In this document: one piece after another, positions 11,683 through 24,456 of the stretch
Layout: every line of letters begins with the position of its first letter
Numbering within the stretch: the stretch's first letter is position 1
Source of the DNA: Dendrobates tinctorius
Lineage: Eukaryota
DNA: 64,000 bases
Reading direction: 5' to 3'
Assembly: GCF_039654945.1 (NCBI RefSeq)
Contig: NW_027361907.1
Location: forward strand, 3,782,001 to 3,846,000
The notes under the pieces: generated by a model
The model's input: the letters and a program-made list of their open reading frames with translations, nothing else
The model's database searches: none
What the model was told of the DNA's origin: nothing
Translations under genes and position numbers: made by a program

Positions 11683-13195
11683 TTATATCTAGCTAATCTC
11701 TTCCCTATCTGCCTTCTTAATCCAGACTCTCCCAGTTTTCCTAGTTCTTTTAAGTTCCTGATTAACACCATATGTAAACTTGCCACCACCCAGCCGATGA
11801 CTGAACAAAATGCTCCTTTGTTGGCTGATCGGATCATCTATCCTGTCATATATCTTCACTGTCTGTTGCACATCACCCCGTGTAAATGTTTTTCTGAAGA
11901 CATGAACAATGAACATGCATGGGTAGGGACAGAACAGTTGTAGTAACAATTGCCCTTATGCATAGAGATTTTGTCAACCTGTAAACCGAGCGCTGATCAC
12001 CTAGTAGTCGATCAGCACTCATTACCAAACCAAAATCGACAAATACAAATAGGTCTTTAGTCTTTATAAAAATATCCCTTCAGTTTTCTACTTATTTTTT
12101 TTCTACTTTATTTTTGCGCAGCTTGTGGTTTTATATATGGATTGCATAACACATGCATTCAGTGCATTATTTTACCTATTTTACCTAATGTATGACCTTC
12201 TATGTAAATAGTCTCTATGATTTCTTGCTGAATGATGACACATACAATATATAACAATACGACATAATAAGTAAGTCCTTATGACAAGTGTAGAATTACG
12301 GTATAAAATAGAAAAAAAGTTGTGTTTGATTGTTGTTGTTTCACTACACTTAGAATAAAGCACAAAATGCTATATTTTCACAAATTTACATTTTAACCAG
12401 GAAAAAAACTCTCCATATTGTCAGCAACTTCGTGTCATCCATCTGTTTAATTTACTGTCCGCTACATGATGTCAAGTGTAATCCATCTCCACCAACAGAG
12501 ATACTGATATGCAGTGCATGCTCAGAGGGAGGTATTGGAAATTACAGCACCTATAGCGCAGGTGGAATGCTGATGGAGAGAAACCATCCTCTATCAAGTG
12601 TTAGTGCATGATTATTAGGTCAATTTCTGAACTTATTAGACTGCAATGCACACCAAAAGCAGTTTTAACTTGCTGTGAAGGTATAAGGGCACAAAAACCT
12701 TGCTTTTACTCTTGTTTTGGGTAAAAAGACAGGTATGCATTCACATTGTTACATCTTTATAGCTATGTTCACAAGTACTTTTAACGGAAATGTTTTTTTC
12801 ATGGTTTTTTTTTTTTTCATTTTTCACAGATTTTAGAAAAGATATTTTTTGAAAATCATGGAAATTACAAAGCATGGTCTGTGCAAGGGTGTTCCATTGT
12901 AGCTCTGCTCTAATATATATATATTTTTTTTTTTAGGATTCTCCTATCAGCTATGCTAGCAGGGTTGCTCCTCAGGACTGTTGATGCTGTAAGTATGTTA
13001 GAATCAAATTTAATAATAGATATGAAATGCATGACTGTGCTTAGTTGATGGTAACATTGGGGTATGATCACATTTGTAGATTTTCCAATCAAAAGCATTG
13101 ATTGAGATACATAGTTGTGGAATGAACACTGCTCAGAACCACATGTTTTATAGCTAATTTTAGCTTGCCCATTCCCTAAAATACTTTACAATGTA

Positions 13196-14801
13196 CAGTG
13201 GGGCAAAAAAGTATTTAGTCAGTCAGCAATAGTGCAAGTTCCACCACTTAAAAAGATGAGAGGCGTCTGTAATTTACATCATAGGTAGACCTCAACTATG
13301 GGAGACAAACTGAGAAAAAAAAATCCAGAAAATCACATTGTCTGTTTTTTTTTCATTTTATTTGCATATTATGGTGGAAAATAAGTATTTGGTCAGAAAC
13401 AAGCAATCAAGATTTCTGGCTCTCACAGACCTGTAACTTCTTCTTTAAGAGTCTCCTCTTTCCTCCACTCATTACCTGTAGTAATGGCACCTGTTTAAAC
13501 TTGTTATCAGTATAAAAAGACACCTGTGCACACCCTCAAACAGTCTGACTCCAAACTCCACTATGGTGAAGACCAAAGAGCTGTCAAAGGACACCAGAAA
13601 CAAAATTGTAGCCCTGCACCAGGCTGGGAAGACTGAATCTGCAATAGCCAACCAGCTTGGAGTGAAGAAATCAACTGTGGGAGCAATAATTAGAAAATGG
13701 AAGACATACAAGACCACTGATAATCTCCCTCGATCTGGTGCTCCACGCAAAATCCCACCCCGTGGGGTCAGAATGATCACAAGAACGGTGAGCAAAAATT
13801 CCAGAACCACGCGGGGGGACCTAGTGAATGAACTGCAGAGAGCTGGGACCAATGTAACAAGGCCTACCATAAGTAACACACTACGCCACCATGGACTCAG
13901 ATCCTGCAGTGCCAGACGTGTCCCACTGCTTAAGCCTGTACATGTCCGGGCCCGTCTGAAGTTTGCTAGAGAGCATTTGGATGATCCAGAGGAGTTTTGG
14001 GAGAATGTCCTATGGTCTGTTGAAACCAAACTGGAACTGTTTGGTAGAAACACAACTTGTCGTGTTTGGAGGAAAAAGAATACTGAGTTGCATCCATCAA
14101 ACACCATACCTACTGTAAAGCATGGTGGTGGAAACATCATGCTTTGGGGCTGTTTCTCTGCAAAGGGGCCAGGACGACTGATCTGGGTACATGAAAGAAT
14201 GAATGGGGCCATGTATCGTGAGATTTTGAGTGCAAACCTCCTTCCATCAGCAAGGGCATTGAAGATGAAACGTGGCTGGGTCTTTCAACATGACAATGAT
14301 CCAAAGCACACCGCCAGGGCAATGAAGGAGTGGCTTCGTAAGAAGCATTTCAAGGTCCTGGAGTGGCCTAGCCAGTCTCCAGATCTCAACCCTATAGAAA
14401 ACCTTTGGAGGGAGTTGAAAGTCCGTGTTGCCAAGCGAAAAGCCAAAAACATCACTGCTCTAGAGGAGATCTGCATGGAGGAATGGGCCAACATACCAAC
14501 AACAGTGTGTGGCAACCTTGTGAAGACTTACAGAAAACGTTTGACCTCTGTCATTGCCAACAAAGGATATATCACAAAGTATTGAGATGAAATTTTGTTT
14601 CTGACCAAATACTTATTTTCCACCATAATATGCAAATAAAATGAAAAAAAAACAGACAATGTGATTTTCTGGATTTTTTTTTCTCAGTTTGTCTCCCATA
14701 GTTGAGGTCTACCTATGATGTAAATTACAGGCGCCTCTCATCTTTTTAAGTGGTGGAACTTGCACTATTGCTGACTGACTAAATACTTTTTTGCCCCACT
14801 G
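13196..14801 (+). mobile_element. Full-length young Tc1 transposon (long-TIR type)
   Basis: TA TSD on both sides. About 207-bp near-identical TIRs starting CAGTGGGGCAAAAAAGTATTTAGTC. Central transposase ORF. Confidence 0.97.
13563..14585 (+). CDS. Tc1 DD34E transposase, 340 aa, uninterrupted but with D153V at the first catalytic residue
   Basis: Paired-like HTH N-terminus, GAPRK, LWSVETK (consensus WSDETK), [37 protein letters not shown]. Confidence 0.95.
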   Translation: MVKTKELSKDTRNKIVALHQAGKTESAIANQLGVKKSTVGAIIRKWKTYKTTDNLPRSGAPRKIPPRGVRMITRTVSKNSRTTRGDLVNELQRAGTNVTRPTISNTLRHHGLRSCSARRVPLLKPVHVRARLKFAREHLDDPEEFWENVLWSVETKLELFGRNTTCRVWRKKNTELHPSNTIPTVKHGGGNIMLWGCFSAKGPGRLIWVHERMNGAMYREILSANLLPSARALKMKRGWVFQHDNDPKHTARAMKEWLRKKHFKVLEWPSQSPDLNPIENLWRELKVRVAKRKAKNITALEEICMEEWANIPTTVCGNLVKTYRKRLTSVIANKGYITKY

Positions 14802-15336
14802 TATGCACTCCTTTAGGTATGGTATATCCTGACACCTCATTGAGAATTAGAATATAGCATAGGTGAACTCCACTAGAAAAAAAAACCTCCAAAAACAGAT
14901 TGTAAGAAAAAAAAATGGTGCTTTAGTAGCCTTTTTCCGAGACCTGTAACTTTTTCATATTTTGGGATCTAGGAGTGTGTGAGGACCTTTTTTTGCATCC
15001 CGAGCTGACATTTTTACTGAAACCATTTTCGGGTAGATACAATGTTTTCATCGCCGCTTATTGCATTTTATTGCAATTATTTTATGCATAGCAAAAATCA
15101 CAATCTCCTATGAACACTGGCCATGGGCTTTCTTTCACGGGAGTATAGTAATGGCAGGCACGAGGGTCATCAGCAGATCCCCAACTGTCATTACAACCCG
15201 CAATCATGCAATCATGTCATGGGCACGCTGATGTGAGCATGGAATAAAGTCCTCCCAAACCCTGCCGGTGCATGTTAAATACTGCTAACTCCAAGCGCAG
15301 CTGTCAAAGGCACATGGCGGCTGATCTCACCAGCCA

Positions 15337-15668
15337 ACAAATAAAGTTGCACTCCGTAGTGCTATAGCATGAAAGCATGAAATTTGAATTGCATTAATGT
15401 TGTAGATAAAAAGGAAAAAAACGAAAATACTTAGCACATAAATTGGCCAATTTATGTGTACCCGACAGCCGCGATAAGTCAGTTTTCTTTCCTGGGAATC
15501 TATCCTAATGTGAATCCTCTCCTAGGCAATATTTATACAGTATGGATATATAGTATCCTGCTGTTATTAAAACCACTAGAGGCTGATTGGTGGAGTGCTC
15601 AGTCAGAGAGCCTATGTTTGCACCTGTAGACACCTGTTTTCTGTTTGGAAGTGACAGTCAGTCTTTTG
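15337..15668 (-). mobile_element. Short insertion with a long diverged TSD, possibly Penelope-like, inside a TTAA-type DNA element relic
   Basis: Flanking repeats TGATCTCACCAGCCA (15322-15336) and TGATTTCATCAGCCA (15669-15683) match at 13/15. The minus strand has GAAAACAGGTGTC, resembling the hammerhead 3' half seen at 42286-42297. Confidence 0.5.
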
Positions 15669-16471
15669 TGATTTCATCAGCCATCATGTGTGGCAAAGAT
15701 GTGGGCTCAGTGTGAAAGACGCATCAAAGTCAGGGACACTACTTTTGACGTACATATAAGTCAGATGTCATGAAGGGTTTAAAGTGTGGGAGGGGGAAAC
15801 AAGACATTAATTCCACTAGTTATCCATTAATTCTAGAATCAAATTTTAAACCTATGGATGCTTTTGAAATGTAAATTAATTAACACCTTTATATCTTCTG
15901 TCTCTTGCATTCATGATAAATCTTGACAGAGCACCTAAAGAGTTGTTAACTGGGCCACCAGTCAAGTGCTTCACTGGCGACCATATTGTGCTTCCAACTG
16001 CCTTGCCAAGCGTGGTGCTTCATTACCCCGGGGTCGAGCGTATTCGTTACCTCTGCCGGAGACTTGAGCCATGTCTGAATACCTTAAAGAAAATTTGGCC
16101 AAGGGATTAATTCGTAAATCCTATTCTACAGATGATGCCAGCTTCTTTGTGATTAAGAATGACATGACGGCTCCCTACGCCCTTGTATTGACTATCAGGG
16201 CCTTAACAAGATCACCATTGTAAACATGTACCCCCTGCCTGTGATTTCCCAACTATTTAATATAATCTGTGGGGCAAAGGTGTTCATAAAACTGGATCTA
16301 CAGAGTCAGCATGGGTTTGTAACTAATTCATGTCAGACTAACTTAATTTCCTTCTATGACAGAATCACTGATTGGGTGGATCAGGGAAATGCTGTAGATA
16401 TAGTATATCTTGACTTCAGCAAAGCAATTGACAAAGTATCTCACACAATCCTTATTGAAAAAAATGACTAA

Positions 16472-16878
16472 AGGTACTGTCACACTTAGCGATGCACCAG
16501 CGATCCCGACCAGCGATATGACGCGGTCAGGATCGCTGGTGCATCGCTAATTGGTCGCTAGTGAGCTGCCACACAGGCAGATCTCACCAGTGACATAGCA
16601 GGGGTCGGGGGTCGTTACTTACCTGTCAGACGCGGCGATCCTGACGTCCGCCCGCCCGCGTCCACGCATCGCTCATCGGTGCCACAGGAAGCCCAGCAGG
16701 AAGCTGATGACAAGAAACAGCCCAGGACGTTCTCGCGCGATCAGCGATAACTAGCAGGGGAGCGGTCGGAGGTAAGTATCACACATAGCGATATCGCTAG
16801 CAATATCGCTATAACGTCACAAAAACCAGTGACGTTATAGCGATATTGCTAGCGATATCGCTTAGTGTGACAGGCCCT
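16472..16878. mobile_element. PIF/Harbinger-type MITE, 407 bp, inserted in CR1 copy A
   Basis: TAA TSD at 16469-16471 and 16879-16881. TIR AGGTACTGTCACACTTAGCGAT / ATCGCTTAGTGTGACAGGCCCT. Removal restores CR1 ATGACTAAGTAT. Confidence 0.93.
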
Positions 16879-17196
16879 TAAGTATAGAATGGACAAGGCA
16901 ACTGTTTGGTGGATTCATAACTGGCTTAGTGATCGGACCCAACGATTGGTCGTAAATGGCTGCACATCCAGTTGGAAGAATATCTCAAGTGGGGTACCAC
17001 AGGGCTCTGTCCTGGGCCCTGTATTGTTCAACATTTTTATCAACAATTTAGATGAAGGAATTGAGGGTAAACCGATTAAATTTGCTGATGACACAAAGCT
17101 AGGAGGAATAGCTAATACTAGAGAAGAGAGAGAGGATTCAAAAAGATATAAATAAACTGGAGCAATGGGCAGCAACTAACAGAATGGTTTTTAACA

Positions 17197-19213
17197 ATTC
17201 CGAAAAGAGGGAAGAATAGGAAGCATTTAAGGAAACCAGGATGGATGAACACAGAACTTAAGCACATGCTAAAAAGGAAGAAAAAAATGTTTATAAAATG
17301 GAAAGAGGGAGGCATATCTAAAGAAGAATATAATGCTGTCTGCAGAACCTGCAGGGCACAAATCAGATTATCTAAAGCTGATAATGAATTGAGGCTTGCA
17401 AGAGATGTCAAAAGCAATAATAAAGGATTTTGGGGATATGTCAAAAGTAAAAGAAAAGTCAAAGATGCTATAGGATTTTTACAGGATGAAAATGATGAAA
17501 TGGTAAGACAGGATGTTGAGAAGGCTGAACTTTTAAATTCCTATTTTGCATCTGTTTTCTCTGAGAAAGGAAATGTAACATCAACTGTTATTCACTGTCC
17601 TATTAAGGGAATAGAAGAATCCAGGATATCTATAAACAGAAAGATAGTGAGGAAACACTTAGCTAACCTAAATGAATTCAAGTCTCCTGGTCCAGATGAA
17701 TTACACCCCAGAGTACTGAAGGAGATAGCAGAAGAAATTTTTGAACCCCTCTCCATAATCTTTGAAAATTCTTGGAGAACAGGAGATGTGCCAGAAGACT
17801 GGAGAAGAGCAAATGTTGTTCCTATCTTCAAAAAGGGGAAGAAGGTGGACCCAGGCAACTATAGGCCGGTGAGTCTGACTTCTATACCAGGAAAGATCTT
17901 TGAACAAATTATTAAACAACATGTATGTCAATACCTGGATAAGAATGAAGTGATTAAACAGAGTCAGCATGGGTTTGTAACTAATAAGTCATGTCAGACT
18001 AATTTAATTTCCTTCTATGACGGTATTACTGATTGGGTGGATCAAGGAAATGCTGTAGATATAGTATATCTTGACTTCAGCAAAGCATTTGACAAAGTCT
18101 CTCATACAATCCTTATTGAAAAAATGACTAAGTATGGAATGGACAAGGCAACTGTTAGGTGGATTCATAACTGGCTTAGTGATCGGACCCAAAGAGTGGT
18201 CGTAAATGGCTGCACATCCAGTTGGAAGAATGTCTCAAGTGGGGTACCACAGGGCTCTGTCCTGGGCCCTGTATTGTTCAACATCTTTATCAACGATTTA
18301 GATGAAGGAATTGAGGGTAAACTGATTAAATTTGCTGATGACACAAAGCTAGGAGGGATAGCTAATACTAGAGAAGAGAGAGAGTGGATTCAAAAAGATT
18401 TAAATAAACTGGAGAAGTGGGCAGCAACTAACAGAATGGTTTTTAACAGGGAGAAATGCAAAGTACTACATCTGGGCAATAAAAATGAAAAAAGCATATA
18501 TAGAATGGGAGGAATAGGGCTAAGTGACAGCACATGTGAAAAAGACTTGGGTATACTAATAGATCACAGACTGAATATGAGTCAACAGTGTGATGCAGCA
18601 GCAAAAAAGGCAAATGCAATTCTAGGATGTATTAACAGAAGCATACAGTCTAGATCACGTGAAGTAATTATTTCCCTCTACTCCTCTTTGGTCAGACCTC
18701 ATCTGGAATATTGTGTCCAATTTTGGGCACCACATTTTAAAAAAGACATCAACAAACTGGAGCAAGTTCAGAAAAGAGCGACCAGAATGGTGACCGGTCT
18801 GCAAACCCTGTCTTATGAGGAAAGGTTGCAGGATTTGGGAATGTTTAGTTTGCAAAAGAGAAGACTGAGAGGAGACTTAATAGCTGTCTACAAATATCTA
18901 AAGGGCTGTCACATTGTAGAAGGATCAACTTTATTCTCATTTGCACAAGGAAAGACTAGAAGCAATGGGATGAAGCTGAATGGGAGGAGACACAGATTAG
19001 ATATTAGAAAAAACTTTTTGACAGTTAGAGTGATCAATGAGTGGAACAGGCTGCCACGAGAAGTGGTGAGTTCTCCTTCAATGGAAGTCTTCAAACAGAG
19101 GCTGGACAGACATCTAACTGGGATGATTTAGCGAATCCTGCTTTGAGCAGGGGGTTGGACCAGATGGCCCAGGAGGTCCCTTCCATCTCTGCGATTCTAT
19201 GATTCTATGATTC
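17197..19213 (+). mobile_element. 5'-truncated CR1 LINE (copy B) with an open 628-codon RT frame (17245-19131)
   Basis: TTAACA duplicated at 17191-17196 and 19214-19219. RT motifs NYRPVSLTS, GVPQG, FADD. (GATTCTAT)n tail. No endonuclease domain. Confidence 0.95.
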
Positions 19214-20604
19214 TTAACAGGGAAAAATGCAAAGTACTACATCTGGGCAATAAAAATGAAAAAAGCATATACACAATGGGAGGAATAGGGCTAAGCAACA
19301 GCACATGTGAAAAAGACTTGGGTATACTAATAGATCACAGACTGAATATGAGTCAACAGTGTGATGCAGCAGCAAAAAAGGCAAATGCAATTCTAGGATG
19401 TATTAACAGAAGCATACAGTCTAGATCATCTGAAGTCATTATTGCCCTCTACTCCTCTTTGGTCAGACCTCATCTGGAGTACTGTGTCCAGTTTTGGGCC
19501 CAACATTTTAAAAAAGACATCAAGAAACTGGAGCAAGTTCAGAAAAGAGCGACCAGAATAGTGACCGGTCTGCAAACCCTGTCTTATGAGGAAAGGTTGC
19601 AGGATTTGGGAATGTTTAACTTGCAAAAGAGAAGACTGAGAGGAGACTTAATAACTGTCTACAAATATCTCAAGGGCTGTCACATTGCAGAAGGATCATC
19701 TTTATTCTCATTTGCATAAGAAAACACTAGTAGCAATGGGATGAAACTGAATGGGAGGAGACACAGATTAGATATTAGAAAAAACTTTTTGACAGTTAGA
19801 GTGATCAATGAGTGGAACAGGCTGCCACGAGAGGTGGTGAGTTCTCCTTCAATAGAAGTCTTCAAACAGAGGCTGGACAGATATCTGTCTTGGATGATTT
19901 AGCGAATCCTGCTTTGAGCAGGGGGTTGGACCAGATGGTCCAGGAGGTCCCTTCCAACTCTATGATTCTATGGACCATAAAAATCTGATTTTCCTACAGT
20001 CCACCCTGCAGTTGATTCCTCGTCAAGCCAGGTGGGCTCTCTTTTTCACTCGTTTAAACTTCAAATTACACTTACATGTCCTACATAGAAGAATATCAAA
20101 GCAGCTGCTCTGTCTCAATCCTTTGATGTGAGCAATTCTGTGGAGGAGTCTCCACATATCATTGACCCAGCCAGAATTATTGAAGCAGCTCCAGTTCTTT
20201 TAAAAGAGATTCCTCCTGGCAAAACCTTTGATCCTACTGCTAAGAGGAGGAGAGTTCTGTCTTTAGGATACAAATCCAAACTGGCTGGCCATATGGGCAT
20301 ATGTAAGTCCACTGAGCTAATTGCTCATCGCTGTTTGTGACCTTCACTGGTCAAGGATGTTTGGGACTTTCTAATTGCTTGTCCACAGTGCGCCAGAAAC
20401 AAGTCCTCCAGGGACAAGCTTGCCGGTCTCCTTGAGCCTCTGCCAGTTTCTTGTTTTCTCTGGCATCACATAGCCATGGATTTTATCATGGACCTGCCTC
20501 TCTCTGAGGGTTGCAACACCATCTGGGTCATGGTGATTCAGTTTTCCAAAATGGCTCACTTCATTCCTCTTGTCAGCCTTCCCTCTGTTCCCAAATTCAC
20601 TACG

Positions 20605-20756
20605 ATTAGGTTTGTCCTGATGAACAGGTCGTGTGCTGTCCTCAAAACACATTGACCTATGAAACCTGTTCAATAAAATTTTGAAATTATACCATCTGGC
20701 CATCTATATCCTTCAGCAGCGCAACAAGGTGACACTTTACACGGATTACTTTATTA
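20605..20756 (+). mobile_element. 152-bp Penelope-like insertion with a CpG-decayed hammerhead motif
   Basis: Exact 14-bp TSD CCAAATTCACTACG (20591-20604, 20757-20770). GTC-CTGATGA-A-CAGG...CCTC-AAAA-CACATT-GAC at 20614-20656, followed by AATAAA. Confidence 0.75.
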
Positions 20757-22985
20757 CCAAATTCACTACGTCTCAGATTGTGGGATCAAGTTCACTTCTA
20801 AATTCTGGAGCGCTCTTGTTGCTGAATGTCCAGTGTGATTTCTCCTGTGCTTATCATCCACAGACCAATGGGCTAGTGAAACAGAGTAATCCGATTCTTG
20901 AGACCTACCTATGTCATTTTATCTCTGCACGTCAGGATGACTAGGTACAACAACTCCCCTGGGCTGACTTTTCCCACAACAACCGCATTGGGGAGTCTTC
21001 CGCAGCATCTCCATTCTTCGAGGTATACTCCCAGTATCCTCAAGCGTCCTCCCCTATGTCTGCTTCCTCCCGGGTACCAGCAACTGATTCCTTGTATAGT
21101 GACTTCTTCCAGATCTGGTGGCAAACACAGACCTTCCTCTTTAAGGCCTTGACTCAGATCAAGACTCATGCAGACAAGAAGAGATGTTTGCCCCCTCAGT
21201 ATCACTCTGGAGATAAAGTCTGACGGTCATCCTGATAAAATAACCTGTAGGTGCCCTCGTATAAGTTCACTCCCCGGTACCTCAGTCCATAAAAAGTTCT
21301 CAGGGAACTTAATCTGATGACCTACCATCTTCAACTCCCTGCAAATCTACAGATTTCTTTCATTTCTTGCTCCTGAAGCCTGTGGTCCTGAATCACTTCC
21401 CGAAGCCCCATGGTATCTCCGCTACCTCTGTTTCTGAGGATTCCATTGCTTAGTGTAGTTTTTATAAAAACATTTTTTATTCAGGATATTATCAATAAAA
21501 GATTACTTGACGTACTGCTATGTTATTCAACAAAGCCCCAGCCACTTATTGGCAGTTTTAAGCTTATACACAGAAAGCTGTCATTAGTAGTTGGGTGCGG
21601 GGTTATACAGAGCTCAACGTTCAGAGATCTGATAGATCTGCAGTAGGCAAAACAGTTTTTAGCACCCAGTAAAGTGAGTGATACATCTATGGAATCAGGG
21701 GCTCTGCCACTACATCTTGCAGTACTCAGATGGGTTAGAAAAAAAGCTGGGGACAGATTTCATTTAAGCTTGGTTGATAGTTCACTGTCTCGTTTCCTTG
21801 CCTGGTACCTGATGTTATACAGACAGAGAGCTATCAATCTAGCAAAAGAGGCTTCTGCAGGACCAGGAAGCAACTTGGGAAAGCAGTGATTTGCTAAGTG
21901 CTCTGTCACACCCAGAGCAATTAACACCTCATTTGAATGGAATGCAGCAACAGATTGAAATATAAATTATGAAACCTTTATATCTTTTAAGACCTACTTG
22001 CCCATGTATGTGGTTTAAGGGGGGTATCTTACTGACAGATTCTCATTAAGAAATGTCCAGAAGTGCCTCCATGTGCCTTGTAAATTACTGGGGTGTCTTG
22101 TGTCCCTTGTCAGGTAATGGAGTAGCATTTCCATTTCTGGCATAAGAAACGCCAAAACTTTTTGCTGAATTTGTCGAGTGGGTGTAGCCAAACCCTATAA
22201 TACCCCAGCTCCGCCCATGTTTTACAAAACTGCTTTAAAGTGGTGTGAAAACACCCAAAGTGGTCACATTTTTTAAGAGTATCAATTAAAAGGTCCTGTG
22301 AAGTTATCACCCATCCATGCAGTAGGTAATAACTTATAGACCAGAGGATTCCTACCACTGGGACCATCATTGATCAGCCGAACAGGGCACTATTATTCCA
22401 TTAGAATGGAGTTGGCAGTGTGTATTCATGACCACCGTTCCATTGATTCTCTATGGGGAATCTGAGAAAGCCAAGCACAACGTTTAGTAGTCCCACTGAA
22501 GAACCCCTTTAATATTTTCATTCTGGGATCAAAAGGCCTTTTTTTCATTAGGGTCACATAAGAATTCCTCTGGAATCTAGTGGCTCAACAGTGGAGATAA
22601 TTAGATAAGAGTAATTGATGGTCAGCAAGGAAAGAAAATCAAATTTATGTTTGCACATTATATGCTTGGTAAATTATGAGAGGTGAATCTGCTTATCTTC
22701 AGGAAATAAATAACTTTACAAGACAAGAATAATCTTTAACCTTGCAGGTCAGTAGACTAACGTCTGTTTTATATTAGTGGAGCAGGCTGTTGGCTGGTGT
22801 TAAAGGGCAGGGAGTTTCACAGATTGTATCATGAGAAAAAGGAAATCATACCGGAATGTCAGATGTCATGTGGGAGAGAAAGTGCATGGAGACACTGTTT
22901 GGAAGCTGTTCATCCAAATTAATAGCACAACGGGAGTAAATGTGTGTGACAGGGGTAACTTACAAAGCTCATCATTAGTCATTAC

Positions 22986-23202
22986 TAGTGATGAGCGAAC
23001 ATACTCGGATAGTGTTATCCGACATGCCCGTGTACTAACCGAGTGTCTTCGGCATGCTGGAAAAATATGTTCGAGTCCCTGCGCCTGCATAACTCGCTGC
23101 TGTCGACAGCCGCAACACATGCAGGGATTACCTGTATGTTACTCAGTTAACACACGGACATGCTCGGATAATACCTTATCCAAGCACGTTCACTCATCAC
23201 TA
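22986..23202. mobile_element. hAT-type MITE
   Basis: TIR TAGTGATGAGCGAAC / GTTCACTCATCACTA. Imperfect 8-bp TSD GTCATTAC / ATTATTAC. Same family as 56292-56576. Confidence 0.8.
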
Positions 23203-24071
23203 ATTATTACCATTATTTTCCTTTGAGTTACTTACACTATAGCATCAAAGCCATGTGGCCCAAAATGAAGGAAAGTCTAAATATAGACTGGTAGGTTCTT
23301 CATATGAAAATATTCTTAATTTTATCAATTGACATCTGCAACCTCTTTTGATTGTCCAAGAAACAAGAGGCAATGCCAGCTCCTTTACAGTGAAATATTA
23401 TACCTAGTCATGTTTTCTACCAGCTTACAGATACTCAAACTGAAAAGATCTTGCCATCATGAAAGATTCATGTGCTGTTCTTATAGTACTTTGGAATGCT
23501 TTGGCAACCAATGGCACGAGCAACATAGTGTGGCTAGAGAGAATAATGGATTTTACCGATTGTCAATGAAGAAATTGTACAACAACATATTACAACAAGA
23601 CGATACAAAACATATTGCAAAATCAACCTTTAACTACTTCAAGAAACTGTAAATTAAGGTTTTGGAATGGCATGCATAGTCCCCTGACTCGGATAATCTT
23701 CATCTGTGTGGGTAGATCTCAAACATATGCACGCAAGATGACTATAGAGCAAAGATTCCTAAAATTGGGCTAAAAGAACCATCTCCTCCTGCCACTTTTT
23801 TACACATGTTCAATTCATATTTATTTATTTCTATGATACGTTATATCGAGTTTCAAAATATACTATAATAGTGCAAATAATATATATTTCCATAAATACC
23901 TCTTATTTAAAGGAGGTGTATGAAGAGGAGAAACACTTCTAAAAAAATTATGTTTCCAAAGAGGATATTTAATAATACTTGCACCAAGAACGCTAGAGTG
24001 GGTATTTGCTTTTACATATAAAGTAGATACGCAGCATAAAAATGTAAAGCATAGCCTATAAAGTATTATTT

Positions 24072-24424
24072 TTAACCTCTTTAGCAGCCTGATTTTTGCG
24101 TTTTTGCCTTTTGCTCCCTTTCTTCCCAGAGGCATATTTTTTTTCCATCAATATGGCTATGTGAGGGCTTGTTTTTTCCGGGACAAGTTGTACTTTTGAA
24201 CAACACCATTGGTTTTACCACATAGTGTACTGGAAAAGGTAAAAAAAAAATTCAAAGTGCGGGGAAATTGCAAAAAAAAAATGCAATTCCACAATTGTTT
24301 TTTTTACTATGTTCACTAAATGCTAAAACTGATCTGTGGCTATGATTCTCCAGGTCATTACAAGTTCATAGACACCAACATGTATAGGTTCTTTTATATT
24401 TAAGTGATTAAAAAAAATTCCAAA

Positions 24425-24456
<32 letters not shown>

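Larger units (their letters stand above)
16301..19972 (+). mobile_element. 5'-truncated CR1 LINE (copy A, older), interrupted by a MITE and by a second CR1
   Basis: [32 protein letters not shown]. The RT C-terminus resumes at 19214 with a premature stop. 3' UTR and TATGATTCTATG tail present. Confidence 0.93.
15913..21450 (+). mobile_element. Second degenerate Gypsy pol relic (RT N-terminus; RNase H end, integrase), split by nested CR1s
   Basis: [35 protein letters not shown] up to 16300. Resumes DHKNL at 19973, then GHMG..CPQC and WHHIAMDFIMDLP..FSKMAHFIPL, AYHPQTNG. Many stops and frameshifts. Confidence 0.85.

Noticed and set aside
13472-14212. 246-aa minus-strand ORF
   Set aside because: Antisense shadow of the Tc1 transposase; the same applies to the short ORFs opposite the CR1 ORF2 copies.
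16703-16721. CTGATGA-CAA-GAAAC resembling a hammerhead core
   Set aside because: No room for stem II, and not conserved in the sister MITE at about 11490.
22520-22980. Repeat-free stretch with GGAA/GGAATG motifs as a possible intronic enhancer
   Set aside because: Such short motifs are expected by chance; cross-species conservation data would be needed.
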